From: Octopus sinensis
Taxonomy: Eukaryota
NCBI RefSeq assembly: GCF_006345805.1
Contig: NC_043003.1
Location: 8,184,001 to 8,248,000, forward strand
Reading direction: 5' to 3'
Length of the DNA stretch: 64,000 nt
The notes beneath the pieces are model-generated. The model made no database searches. It was not told where the DNA came from and worked only from the letters and a program-made list of their open reading frames with translations. Shown in pieces: positions 41,104-55,429 of the stretch (its first letter is position 1; every line of letters begins with the position of its first letter). Made by a program: the position numbers and the translations under genes.

Positions 41104-42328
41104 ATAGCAGAGAACAGGCTAAACCATCGAGAGTTTTGTATCTGAACACTTGCACCGTTCCACATTCAGCTTTCAAAAAACTAACGTCTGTTTGTTACTG
41201 CAATACTCCAAATAAACAAAGGATCGTTTCGTGCAGTAAGTTCACTCGCAGTTTATGCAGGTATATTAAACATACGAACAAGTACTTTCCGATCTGCACG
41301 TAACTGAACTCATGCACTAAGTGCTGGCTTTGAATGTTATCCAAACTTACTCGTATGTAGGTTTGGTTAAGCTATTTTCCATTCACTCTGACACATTCGT
41401 TTATAAACAAGAGTTAAACATATAATAATCATATTAAACATTGACTTTTACAAGAGAAACAACAGAGTAATGTAGTTATTGAGCTCGTAAGTGTAACAGC
41501 AAAATGGTAAAGCTGGTGAGTTTATTTCATAACACAATTTCACTTAATACCGCACATAAAAATGTTTGGCAGCCATAAATTCTTATTCCTATGTAAGTAT
41601 TCTCCATTTAAAATTTTCAATGTAGTGTTTGTTATGTTTCAGTGCAAATCACAAAAGCATCTTATCAAAATATTCAGTAAGTTTCCGTTGCATCTTTTTC
41701 AATTTATATTGCCATAGAAACAGCTAAGCGAATTCAAATATTCACAAATTCGCAGAAAGCATTTATTTTTATTTTTGAATTCTTAGAACGAAAACAATAC
41801 TTTTATAGAATTGTAAAATCAAAAATTAATTATCACCTTATCTTTATCATAACGTTAAATCATGTTATACATAATCAAAGCAGTAGCCGCTGGGAAATGC
41901 TTTTCTTGTCTGGAAATAGATCAGCAACTCACTAAAAATATCCTGAAAGCCGTCCAAAGCACTGAAGTACTTCAACTCCCCAATGTACTTAGCAAAAGTG
42001 GTGGGTGACAAGGACGCGGTAATGAGTCTTGTAACTAAGCTAAATAGATATTAATGCCTTACAAAATCTCTAACAAATTATCTGACAAATAATAGAATAT
42101 GGTGCCAGCAGAAAATATTACAATCAAGCTATAATTTATCAATTATCATCAAGTTTTCTTGCAATAAGTTAGATTCATTTCCAAATTCGAGTGACTTTCA
42201 TAGACCATGTAGAATAATAGCTTACGAAAAGTCATTAATGATAGAAACTCTAATGTATATTAATGGTTCTTCTTCACTTTATCAATTATATACAACGAAC
42301 AAATACTTTAACTCTTTAATTTTGATAT

Positions 42329-42510
42329 AAGGTGGCGCACTGGCAAAACTGTTGACACGTCGAGAAATGTTTAACAGCATTTCGTCCGTCTTCATGTTCT
42401 GAGTTCAAATTCCACCGATATCGACTTTGCCTTTCATCCTTTCGGTGTCGATAAAATAAGTACTTACCTGTTTCCTCAAAATTGCTGGCCTTGTGCCAAA
42501 ATTTAAAATC
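42329..42510 (+). mobile_element. SINE family B (short-tail variant)
   Basis: Diverged monomer. Confidence 0.75.
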
Positions 42511-42813
42511 AATAGTAAGTTTGAGATGAGTACTCAATACGTTGTCAGGTTAATTAGCGCAAATGTGTTTTGTTTAATAACAATCAGTGTCAAGCTTGCT
42601 TTCCCTTCTTTTCTTTTAATACCAGTTTATTCCCAATAACAGTTTATTGGCTGGATTCAAATCATCAAAATTTTCTTAAAGACTATTTGAGATATCTGTA
42701 GAATTCATCAAGCCAAGCACATAATTACGCTACTTTATAAAATATATCTTATCAAAATTTTTATTTCTAAACGAATATGTTAAGTGTGTACCTCACGCAT
42801 GGCCTTCCTATAA

Positions 42814-43302
42814 TGACATGCATAAGATCTGGTCATCAAATCTAAGTAGAGACTTCAAACTTGAAATCTTTAAAGCCACAGTCGAACCAATTCTACTATA
42901 TGGCTCAGAAACCTGGATGTTATCAAAGAAGCTTAAGAGGCAGTTGGATGGAACCTACACTCGCCTCCTTATGAGAGCTCAAAATCTCTCGTGGAAGCGC
43001 CATCCAACCAAAATGCAAATATATGGGAAACTATCACCTGTGTCATCTCTTGTGAAAGGTAGGAGAGTCCAGTTTGCTGGACATTGTTGTAGAGCTGAAA
43101 AAGAGGTAATTTCTCCTCTTCTCCTCTGGAAGCCATCTACTCGCAATACCAGAGGGCGCACACTCTCCTACCCTGATGTAATCTTCAGGGATACAGGCAT
43201 CCAGCAACAGGACCTCCGTAATGCCATGATGGACCGTGAAGTCTGGCGTAGCATGGTAAATTCCATTGTCTCGACCACGGTCGAACAATGATGATGATGA
43301 TG
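42814..43302 (+). mobile_element. RTE-like LINE, 5'-truncated, with 15-bp TSD
   Basis: Open 157-aa frame (PILLYGSETW, RRVQFAGHC, DREVWRS), (TGA)n tail, TSD ATGGCCTTCCTATAA at 42799-42813 and 43303-43317. Confidence 0.92.
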
Positions 43303-43619
43303 ATGGCCTTCCTATAAGCACTTCACATTTTAATAAGATTCATGGTGTATTAATATGTCCATGATATTGATATGGTATTTATATGATATTTATATGGCTG
43401 AGTCTCAATGGTCAGTCATTAACAGCCACTACCTTGTTTATTTTCACAAAGGACCTCCACGACGGGAATCCCCATTCCATCCTATAATAACTACAGCGTT
43501 GTTTAGGCTTACAGCCCGCTGATGTGAATGGAAATATACGAGACCTTAAAAGTGTGGCCGTGTTTGGTTTTTTTTTGTAGTAGCAAACAAAAACTGAAAT
43601 GGGAGGAAAATATAGAAAA

Positions 43620-44018
43620 CTAGCAGTATCGCCCGGCGTTGCTCGGGTTTGTAAGGGAAATAACTATATAAGCATTTTTAGAGAGTTATAGCCAAATAAT
43701 AGCAAAAAAATGCATTAAAAATGGAAAAAAAATTATGGTACATTTTTTTTAAATCGTTGACTCATCGTAGACATTTTTAGAGAGTTACTTCCCTTATATA
43801 ATAACGAAAAAAATGCATTCAAATGGAAAAAAATGATGGTAATTTTTTTTTAAATCGTAGACTCATCGTAGACGCGCACTAATACCCAGAAGGGCTCGAT
43901 ATGAATCACGACTATAAGATCCCGCTTTTAGTTAAACTGCACCGCAAAATGTGGGAGTAGTTAGGAATCTAAATCGTAGGAGACAGACAGCACACAACCT
44001 TACTTTTATATATAAAGA
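43620..44018 (-). mobile_element. Non-autonomous Helitron, second copy
   Basis: Reverse complement of the 38914-39344 family with the same termini. Confidence 0.82.
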
Positions 44019-44765
44019 TATATAATTATGTTTGACGCATTCAAGCAATTCAGGTAGTTTATACAGAGTTAAAAAGAATACTAGTAAGCATAATATTCCG
44101 TCTGTATTCATGATTTCCCTTGATATCTCTAGAAAAATTACAGGTGTAAGATGATGGTGACGATGATGGTGATAAAGAAGGCATTCGTGTTCTTAAGTTT
44201 TCGATAGCAATCGTCAAGATCACTTGTATCATAAACAAAGCGATAAAGCGCTTCACGGTTTTTACTGCGAAGTATTAACGAGGAAGACAACTTAGTCTGC
44301 GAGTACAGTTTAAATATATTCCCAAGCTTAATGTTCACGTCGAAACAATAACGGTATTCAAAATGCCTTCCGAATTCAACCCTCGAAAATAAAAACAAAA
44401 AGAATCGTTATCGATTCAATAACAGAAAAATTCTATTTTAACGAAGAAATCCATATGAATAATAATGCATAGTATAGATTCAAAGACCGATGAAAAATGT
44501 CCTTACAGACATATCGACATAAATGCACGTAAATTGATAAAAGGAACAAGTTTACTACCTGGTTCACTATGTAGTCATAGATACAAATCTTACGGATGTA
44601 CTTAGATTCTCGCTTCTTATAGAAAAGTTGTGGATAATGAAATAGAAAGCGAAATAAACAACGGCTAGATTTCTGATGGGGTTTAGTTCGGTAATATTTT
44701 CTTCGAATAAGCACTTAATGCTTGGTGGAAGGTCAGCATTCGCACCATAAACCACTATATAGTAC

Positions 44766-44805
<40 letters not shown>

Positions 44806-44857
44806 TGTGTGTGTATGTGTATGTGTGTGTTTATGTATATATATATATATATATTAT

Positions 44858-44908
<51 letters not shown>

Positions 44909-45984
44909 ACATATATATATGTATATATATTCATCTGAATCTAAATTTTGCTTATATGTATATATATATATATATATATAAATGTGTGTTTGTGGATTTG
45001 TGAGTGTGTGTGTATGTGTATATGTGTGCGTAGGCGTGCGTGCGTACTTTGTGTGTGTGTGTGTATCTAGGCGTGTGTGTGTGTGCGCGTGTGTGTATGT
45101 GCGTGTGTGTGTGTGTGTGCGTGTGTGTGTGTGATAAAACACACGAATGGATTATACGATATTGCTACAATGTTTCGTTAAGACATTTTATTCTTACACA
45201 CGCTTCGTACATGAAGTTATGTTAAGACGTGAAACATCTATAAGATTACGCAATGCATTACTATTGATCTCCCAATTCTTCGGGGTAAACCATATGAAGG
45301 TCAATAATCGGTATGCTAGCAGATTAGCAAGTTCAATAACATCCAAAGATTCAAAGTAGCATATCAACAGTTCGATATGGAAGTGTGCGAGAGTATATCG
45401 ACCAATGAAAATTGCAGGGAGTTTAGTTAAGCTCTCAGGGATGGATTAGCATCCAAACCGGGGGTGTCAAGTTAGACAATTCTGGGAAACCAAATATGGT
45501 TAGAAGAAATAACAGCAACAAAAAACAATTAGAAGAAACTTTGAATGGTATATCGTATCTTCAACAAGCTTTATTTACACCGACTCCACCTAAAATCAGA
45601 GACTAGCAACAAAAATTCATTATCCTTAGAGACTGGTGCCAAATATAATAGTGATGCTTTGAAGGAAGATGCATTCATGATTCATGAAATATACAGTGTA
45701 TACAATCATATTGTGTAGAATAAAACAAAAGCGAATGAGACGTGATTGAAGAAGACATATATATAGATAAAATAATTGCTGCTTATTTATATTCTAAAAT
45801 TAAATATGTACGAATGCTTTCAGTTTAATTCTAAAGAATGAATATACTTGGGTTAATTATGAAAGATATAGCTAATTAGTCTAGATGAGATATATGCAGA
45901 ATTAATTTATAGAGACTTGGTGTTATTAATGCTTTGAATGTACATACGTTGTTGAAATTACTAATTTGACATCATATTGATTAA

Positions 45985-46150
45985 TGATGTGCTTACGTCG
46001 CCGTAACTTAACGGTTCGACAAAGACAACTGATAGAATAAGTACAAGGCTTACAAAGAATAAATCGTGGGGGTCGATTTGTTCGACTAAAAGCGGAGCTC
46101 CAGCATGGCCGCGCCTAAATGACAAATAAAAGAATAAAAGAACAAAAGAA
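45985..46150 (+). mobile_element. SINE family A, 3' fragment
   Basis: GTAACTTAACGGTTCG...CCAGCATGGCCGC. Confidence 0.8.
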
Positions 46151-46576
46151 TTTCATGTGATCTTTTTTCCATATAAGGCCGGTCTCCTACCTTAATCAAT
46201 GACATAACAAAGGCTATTTATTACAGAAAGTAAAACGAGGCAGAGATTAAATATTCTAACTTCAGAAAAAAAAATCAAAAAACAAATATGAAACTCGACC
46301 AATATAAGAAACACAAATTAAAAAAAAAAATATTAGACATTCAAAAAGATGGAGTTTTGATAGACGCGCATCAAATGAAATTTCTGATTGCATACGGAAG
46401 ATCTTCGAATTACAGAGTCATATTTGAATTTCTAAGAATCGGTATAGAGTTTGACGTGTAATATATTTGAAAGACTCTGAGGAATACTAAATTGACAACA
46501 TTTCAGTTTAAAAATATATAGGAATGACGTGGCTGGCATCAAAACCATATCCGTCAAAATTAATGATGTGATGAGG

Positions 46577-46644
<68 letters not shown>

Positions 46645-46693
46645 ATGTGTGTGTATATAGGTACATATATATGTGTATGTGTACATGCATATA

Positions 46694-47094
46694 TACTCTC
46701 TCTTTACTCTTTTACTTGTTTCAGTCATTTTGACTGCGGCCATGCTGGAGCACCGCCTTTAGTCGAGCAAATCGACCCCGGGACTTATTCTTTGTAAGCC
46801 CAGTACTTATTCTATCGGTCTCTTTCGCCGAACCGCTAAGTAACGGGGACGTAAACACACCAGCATCAGTTGTCAAGCAATGCTAGGGAGACAAACACAG
46901 ACACACAAATACATATATATATACATATATACGACAGGCTTCTTTCAGTTTCCGTCTACCAAATCCACTCACAAGGCATTGGTCAGCCCGGGGCTATAGC
47001 AGAAGACATTTGCCCAAGATGCCACGCAGTGGGACTGAACCCGGAACCATGTGGCTTGTTAGCAAGGTACTTACCACACAGCCACTCCTGCGCC
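46694..47094 (-). mobile_element. SINE family A
   Basis: Full-length copy. Confidence 0.9.
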
Positions 47095-47169
47095 TATATT
47101 TACATATATATATGTAAATGTATATGCATATACATTATATATATATGTATATATATGTCTATATATAAA

Positions 47170-47290
47170 AAATTCAGGGTGAATACTTGATAACTGCAAG
47201 CACCTGTATATGCCAGTTAGTGGTGTAGGTGATAGGGTATATTTATCAAAAGAAAAACAGGATGCAAAGGACTTAGCGGTACATAAGGAA
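47170..47290 (-). mobile_element. Truncated copy of the 20383-20640 element
   Basis: AAAAAATTCAGGGTGAATACTTG...TTAGCGGTACATA; homology stops inside HHR stem III. Confidence 0.8.
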
Positions 47291-47426
47291 ATGTGACGTT
47301 TATATATATTATGTGTGCGTGTATGTATACATTTATACCTACTTATCTCTTTCTCCCTCTCTCACCCTCTCTCTCCTTCACTCTCTCTCTCCCTCACTCG
47401 CTCTCTCCCTCTCTCTGTGTATATAC

Positions 47427-47463
<37 letters not shown>

Positions 47464-47556
47464 AGTGTGTGTGTGTGTATATATAAATATACATATACGA
47501 CGGACAAATACATACATATATACATATATACATGTATGTATGTATATATATACATA

Positions 47557-47627
<71 letters not shown>

Positions 47628-47629
<2 letters not shown>

Positions 47630-47990
47630 CCGTCTACCAAATCCTTTCACAATGCTTTGGTCGCCTCGAGCCTAAAGTAGAAGACCCTTGCCCAAGGTGT
47701 CACGCAGTAGGACTGAACCTAGAACCATGTGGTTATGAAGCAAGCTCCTTACCCCACACCCACTTCTGCGTTATACGTGTGTTTGTGTGTTTCGAGTCAG
47801 TATTTCTCCCCGCCACCGCCTGACATCCGGTGCTGGTTTGTTTAAATTCCCGCAATTTAGCAAATTCGGAATAAGAGACCGATAGAATAAGCACCAGGCT
47901 TTGAAAACGTACTGGAGTCGATTCCATCGAATAAAAGTTCTTGAAGTTGCCCTAGCATGGCCGCAGTCTAATGACTGAAAGTAACAAAAA
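47628..47990. mobile_element. SINE family A fragments in opposite orientations
   Basis: 5' half on minus at 47628-47765, decayed 3' half on plus at 47780-47990. Confidence 0.7.
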
Positions 47991-48463
47991 ACAATAAATA
48001 TACACAAACTTAGAATACACACATAATTCAGCAATAACAGGATTTGAAGGTCATGAACCGTGACCAGCAATCACTGAACCGTAGCAAAATATGAAAGAGC
48101 CAAAGCGAAAGAATTTGCAAACCATCTAAACGACATCAGAGAAACTATTTTTAATATTAATTTTCAAGCAACGAGTAAACAAATAATCAGGACATGAAAT
48201 AATCGGATCGAAAAAATAAATAAATAAACAGGATATTAGTAATAAAATATGGCGCTGGAGGAAATCTTGGAATCTGAAAACGATGGATAAATGAGACTAG
48301 AGCGCGCTGGTGCTGTCTCAGTGCAAACAAAGAATTACTAAGCGACATTATAACGACCATATTTAGCGCAATAAAAAACACAGAAGACAGAAGGTAATGC
48401 TTATTCCCACTTAAAGGGGAAGTTCTGTTAAAATAAATCATACTGCGGTAGTTATAATAAATA

Positions 48464-49025
48464 TTGGGTTGTCCGGAAAGTTCGTGCCGATTTTTAAAGG
48501 AAAGAAAAAGGTCAATAAATACTTGCCATTACATTTTTAATCAACCAAATATGAACCATTTTGTTGCACAACGCGTCTCCATCTTTCCTTTAACTTGAAA
48601 ATACCCTCTTCCCAGAATTGAGGTGGTTTCATGACAAAGAATTCATCAAGGTATCTTATGTCATCTAAAGAATTGAAATTTTTACCATTAAGACTAATCT
48701 GCAGAGACCTGAATAAGTGGAAATCCGAAGAAGCAATATCTGGTGAATATAGAGGTTGGGGTAACATATCCCAGCCGAGCTGCAGCAATTTTTGTCTGTT
48801 TCCGAAAACATCAAGTGCTGAAAATGAACTTTCTTATCTTCCTTTAAAAGGGTTACATAATTAACACAGGTTATAGGAATATAAATATTCTTCCACGAAA
48901 AGATAGCTTAAACTGTGCTCTAAATGGAAGTGTAGTAAAATCCTATTTTATGGACTCAACCATGTTCTAAAATCAGTCGAAATGTAAGCTACTAACAATC
49001 GGCACGAACTTTCCGGACAACCAAA
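48464..49025 (-). mobile_element. Internally deleted mariner, second copy
   Basis: Same TIRs, TA TSD, YSPDIASSDFHLF, same deletion junction. Confidence 0.92.
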
Positions 49026-49439
49026 TATTTAAAAATAAATACTTTTGTAACAAAATCTAAGCGTCGGGAAATAATTACTAAAAACGATAGTCAGAGGTAC
49101 CCTAAAAAATTGCCCAAATAATACATTAGTAGAGAGTACATGGAAAACAATAACTACCCCACCTCTCTGACATGAGTATCGCTGTGTTTTGGCCAAACTT
49201 GATGCAATATTTGCTTGATGCGTTCGGTGAGAACAAAACTCCGACGATCTTGCATTGCACGTCTGCCTTCTAGGAGTAACACGTAAGCACCTTTGTGAGG
49301 TGACGCCGCCTACCGGACGAAAAATTCACGCAGGCGCAAGATGGCATCACCTCACACCCAAAGGATTTTACCCAAGCCACATTAGTTTTATATATATATA
49401 TAATATATATATATATACAGATATACATGTGTGTGTATG

Positions 49440-49578
49440 ACGTATGTATGTATGTATGTATGTATGTATGTATGTATGTATGTATGTATGCATGTATGTA
49501 TGTATGTATGTATGTATGTATGTATGTATGTATGTATGTATGTATGTATGTATGTATGTATGTGTGTATGTATGTATG
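49440..49578. repeat. (TATG)n microsatellite
   Basis: Direct inspection. Confidence 0.95.
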
Positions 49579-50203
49579 AATGAAAGTAAGTATCTATGTA
49601 TATATGTTTATCTATCTATATATTTACCTATCGATACGTGCGTCTGTTGATATATGCTTATATATTATATCAACATATGCACACACACACATACACATAC
49701 ACAAACACACACACACACACACATATGAATGTAAATAAACATGTAAATACACACTCACATATATAATTAATATGTATTATATGTCGTTGACCGTATATAT
49801 ATAGATTATTCCTTGAAAGGAAGCAGTAATACGGCCCATGAAAATTAAACAAATTGCCGTAGGAAATGCTATTAATTTAGTCTTATTGATTGAAATTAAC
49901 TTCTATTATTGATTTATATAAATCTTCTCGAATTAAGTGTTAATTTATCGCGTATTTCTCACAAAAAGCTGTAATTTATTCCAGGCACAATCAATGCTGT
50001 GCATCGTCTGACGTAGTTTCATCACAATTGTCTATGGGCGAAGTTAAAGCCAATTGTCGATCACTGTATCTTTCTCCAACCAATTTAGACATTGCAATTA
50101 AAAGTATCGAAGTGAATATCACTCGGCTAAATATTAATAAGTCTAAAACTAGGTTTTATTCCACCCTCAAAATTCTCTGATGATATCTGTAACACTTGTT
50201 TAT

Positions 50204-50433
50204 GGCGACGAGGCGGCAGAATCGTTAGCACGCCGGGCGAATTGATTAGCGGTATTTCGTCTGCCGCTACATTCTGAGTTCAAATTCCGCCGGGGCCGAC
50301 TTTGCTTTTCATCCTTTCGGGGTCGATTAAATAAGTACCAGTTACATAGGGTCGATATAATCGACTTAATCCGTTTGTCTGTCCTTGTTTGTCCTCTCTG
50401 TGTTTAGCTCCTTGTGGGTAGTAAAGAAATAGG
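50204..50433 (+). mobile_element. SINE family B
   Basis: Monomer ending GAAATAGG. Confidence 0.88.
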
Positions 50434-50582
50434 CATCATGTGTGGTAGTAGTAGTAGTAGTCTTTATTGTTGTGATTTATAATACTATGATAGTGATAGC
50501 AGGAGTGATAACCATGTTTGTTTATGAGAACAGCAGTTATGGAAGCTGTTGATTTATGCAGTAGCAGCACGATAAAGCTATA

Positions 50583-50843
50583 GTATGTTGTCAACTTAAT
50601 GTGACAGTCCCATGAAAGGGAAGAATGCTACTGTTATTTAGCCCTAGGAAACACCGTTTCCTGTTGGACTTGACACATTTCCTGTGTCCTTATGTTTTCA
50701 AAAGAGGTGCTTGTCTTCACTTTCAAAACGTAAGGACTTGACAGGAAATGTGTCAAGTCAAACAGGAAACGGTGTTTCCTAGGGCTAAATAACAGTAGCA
50801 TTCTTCCCTTTCATGGGACTGCCACATTAAGTTGACAACATAC
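50583..50843. repeat. Inverted repeat, about 115-bp arms
   Basis: GTATGTTGTCAACTTAATGTG... / ...CACATTAAGTTGACAACATAC; spacer about 50700-50725. Confidence 0.9.
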
Positions 50844-52279
50844 CATCACTTTATACTTTTATAATCAAGTATTGTTAGAAATTCTATTAAGAAGTTATTG
50901 AAATGTTTTGTGTATTGTCGAAATGTAACGAATTTGTTGCACATAAATTTCAACAGCAAAATCTTATATGGACCCGGAAGAGCCATATAAATCCCGGTTG
51001 AGAACCACTGTTCTATGGTGTCGTGAGACCTGCTACGAATAGCTCCCAAATGTCCCTCAAATTTCCGCTGCCATTTAAGAATAATGACACATTAATGTAT
51101 ATGATCCTAGAAACAATGTGTCTGGAGATAAAACTTGATGGACTCTTAGTTGGACTGCTATTTTGCTATATGCCCTGCTTGGTCAAATTTGAGCCGAGGC
51201 TAAACTAAAACAAACAAAAACAACAGCATGACTAACAATATTGGGTGAAGCCAATGAGACTAAATAATTTCTCGACGTGCGCAATTTAACAATTTATCTT
51301 ATTAAATAATTAATTTTTAATAAGCCTGCTAGCTATTTGCGACATCAGCGTTTGAAAAGAAAATGAAAACCTATATATTGTAGCAGCGAGATTTGACTGG
51401 CATGCGGTCACCCGGTGCTATTAATTGATGCTTTATAATCGACTGAAATTACGTGATTTGGCAATTCCGGTGCCCATGACATACGAATTTCGTCTACTAC
51501 GTGGCATACGCTTTCAAATATCAAGCGCCTATCTGAAAGGATCTCTCAAGGCTAATAACGTAGTATTCAGTGCTTTAACAAGGCATTCATGTTATGGTGA
51601 ATAAAGAGATTTCTTTTGATAGTAATACTGCTTCCGTTGCTCAAAATTAAAAAAATGTTCATCGTATTCAAGAACTCCATCTTAATATTAATATGACAGA
51701 AAGACGACGAGATGTTTATCAGAAGATTAGTTGTCGACAGTTAAAAGACATGTTTTATTTATCAACAGAAAATCAATATCAAGGCCAAGGACGGACAAAA
51801 TGGAATACGACGATTCAGGACGTCGTAAACCTTGTCAATCAATTTTCACATAAAAATTCACATAAAAAGCAAAACATGGGAGACGAGAACAAACATGTAA
51901 TTCAGAATTGGGCATAAATTCGAGGATTCACTGCTTTCTATCCTTCCACAATTCTTACGAACTTTCCAAAGTGTATGCATCTATCTGTGAATGTCTCAGT
52001 TCAATTGGCTGTTAATAGGTAACCACCGATCCCCTATTGGAAGCAATCTTACAAGTGCTGTTATTTACACCAAGAAAAGCCTCCACTAGGAAAATACTGT
52101 AAACCTAAGTTTCTAAATCCCGACTCTCCTGTTTGTTTGTATGTATGGTGTTACAGATTTTTGTAAAGCTAATAGGCTATGATTTGAAGGAATTTAGTCG
52201 CTAATTATAGCAGATGGCTATGTGCTTTGCCTTTTATTCATAAAACTGAATTACTACCATTCCTGCATAAAAATTGTTC

Positions 52280-52594
52280 CAAATTTTGGCACAAGGACAG
52301 CACTTGACTAGTACTTATTTTATCGACCCACTAAGCATTTCACCCGGTGTGCTAACGTTTCTTATTTCTTTATTGCCCACAAGGCGCTAAACACAGAGGG
52401 GACAAACAAGAGCAGACAAAGGTATTAAGTCGATTACATCGACCGCAGTGCGTAACTGGTACTTAATTTATCGACCCCGAAAGATGAAAGGCAAAGTCGA
52501 CCTCGGCGGAATTTGAACTGGGAATGTAACGGCAGACGAAATACTGCTAAGCGTTTTGTCCGGCGTGCTAACTTTTCTGTCAGCTCGCCGCCTT
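52280..52594 (-). mobile_element. SINE family B, composite
   Basis: Monomer plus fragment. Confidence 0.82.
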
Positions 52595-52989
52595 CATGAA
52601 GCCAGATGAAGCTGATTCGGCCCTTTACAACAACCACAACAGCAACAACAACAATAATAACTTTACTGTTAACAGCGTTGATGATCTGCTATGTTGGTAC
52701 CTATTTACGACTGGATAAACAGAGGCATTCACGGTTGTATGCATAGACTTTGGATACTTCGTAACGAGTGGGGCGGGGGAAAGTACGATTCACAGATTTC
52801 TGGAATTGCAGCCCGAGCATGGACGGCCATAAATATCTGCATCAGTGAAGTAATGGCTTTTAGAGAAAAAGGAGATATGGCACTTGAAATTCTATTAGTT
52901 TCTGATATGCAAAATGGTAGGGTGATCATGCTTGGAAGGATTTTGACCATAGTATACTCTTTCAAGTACAGAGCTAAATCACGAATAAA

Positions 52990-53256
52990 TATCATCATCA
53001 TCATCATCGTTATAATCGTCGTTATCATCATCGTCGTCGTCGTCATCATCGTCATCATCATTGTCATCGTCATTATAAACGTCGCCATCATCCTCATTAC
53101 TATCATCATTATTATCATTTTAACCATCGTCATCTTCGTCGTCATTATCATCATTATCATCGTTATCATCACCATCATTACCATCATCATCACCATCATC
53201 ACCACCACCACCACCGCTGCCTCCACCGCCGCCACCACCACCACCATCACCACCAC

Positions 53257-53307
<51 letters not shown>

Positions 53308-53310
53308 TCA
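52990..53310. repeat. Compound (ATC/ACC/GTC)n low-complexity tract
   Basis: Direct inspection. Confidence 0.95.
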
Positions 53311-53824
53311 CCATTGTCATCCACAACAGCTACGATAGCAATGCCAAGAAGAACAGCATCAGTGTCAGCAGCAGCAGAAGCAGTAACAGCAGTAATGGCA
53401 GCACATTCCACCTTCAAAGTAAACTTCACGATATTGCACGAAAAGGTGGACCAATATGTCGGGACTTTAATGTTCCATCTTTACACCTTCAATGCGTTTA
53501 AAGACATCGCAAAGAGCAATGAGGAGAGCATCCACGCGGTCGCACGACCAGCTAGAAACAACAGCAAATCCGGGACGAACACCATCTGATCATGTTGCAT
53601 CTTTCTAATTTTGGCACGAGGCCAACAATTTTGAGGTGTGAGAGCAAGTCGATTACTCCAGCCACAATAGTGGACAGGTCATTTATTTTATCGATACCGA
53701 AAATTTAACCGAGGCCGAAGTTAAACTCAGAACATCAAGAACCGGAATATATGTTGTAGATTGTTTTGTCCGTGGCGGTAACCATTCTACCAGCAGGCTG
53801 CTTTACCTTTTACTTTCTCCTTGA

Positions 53825-53982
53825 TCCATCTGCGACCATGCTGGAGCACGGCCTTGGCAGTTTTTCGTTCAATAACGAAAGCCTGCTACGTCATTCTATC
53901 GGTTCCTTTTCGCCAAATCGTTGAGTTACAGTGACAAAAACAAACCAACAGCGGTTGTTAAGTGATGAATTAGGGACAAACA

Positions 53983-54039
<57 letters not shown>

Positions 54040-54195
54040 ACACGAAAGGTTTCCATACAGTTTCAGTTGACTAAATTGTTTTTTCAAGGCATTCGACAGC
54101 CTGTGGCTCTAGTAGAAAACACTTGACCACGTTCCCGCGCTGTGGAACTGAACACGAAACCATTGATGGCAAAGCGACCTTCTTCAGCACACAGT
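53825..54195 (-). mobile_element. Old decayed SINE family A
   Basis: GCGACCATGCTGGAGCAC... through (CA)n to a decayed head. Confidence 0.65.
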
Positions 54196-54604
54196 AGCTA
54201 AAAATCCAATATGACTCCCACGTCTCTTACTTCTACACCTCCGACCAAAACAAATGATAAGTCCATTGAAACTACTACAAACACCAGTATCAACATCTGC
54301 AACTCTGCTACCTTACAAAAATAACAACAACAAGAACAAGTACAATCTCTGCTTTTATGCCCACCAACCGCAACCTACTCTGCAGCATCTATGTCAACAT
54401 GAAAGTGATAACTGTCCGCTCGACTCTGATTAGATATGTAGCAATAATCTAATTATAGACAAGTATCGATCGTTTGTGATTGAACTGTTAAAGAGACATC
54501 AAGTCGATTGATTGGTCTGTAAGTTTAGCCAAAGAAGAAAGTGTATACGCTGTCTGTCATAGCAGAACCTGTGAAAGATGGTAACTTTATACTATTGTTG
54601 GAAC

Positions 54605-54623
54605 GGGCACGCACACACACACA

Positions 54624-54666
<43 letters not shown>

Positions 54667-54987
54667 CACATACACGCGCACACACACACACACAAGCACA
54701 CACACATACAGGCGCACTCTAACACGTATGTATGTATATATAGAATGTATATGTATACATTCATATATTTATATATGTACATATATCAGTGTGTATGTGC
54801 ATGTGTGTGTATATATGTATAGATATATATGTATGTATATGCATGTATGTGTACATACACGTGTATAACACGCACATGTATGCATAAATATGTGTGACTG
54901 TGCACAGTTGGATATTTACGTATAATGTACACAGACACACGGATATATGTATATATTCGTGTGTTTGCCTGTGTGTATATATGTATA

Positions 54988-55054
<67 letters not shown>

Positions 55055-55393
55055 ATATATATACATATATATATATTTATATATATATATATCTATAATA
55101 TATATATATATATATATACATATATGTATGTATGTACGTATGTATGCATGTATTATATATATATATATGCATATATATATACATATATGTATGCATGTAT
55201 TATATATATGCATATATATATATACATATATATACATATATATATATATATAATATATAATATATATATATATACATACATATATGTATGTATGTACGTA
55301 TGTATGCATGTATTATATATATGCATATATATATACATATATATACATATATATATACAAACACACCACACACACCACACACACAAATATATA

Positions 55394-55429
<36 letters not shown>

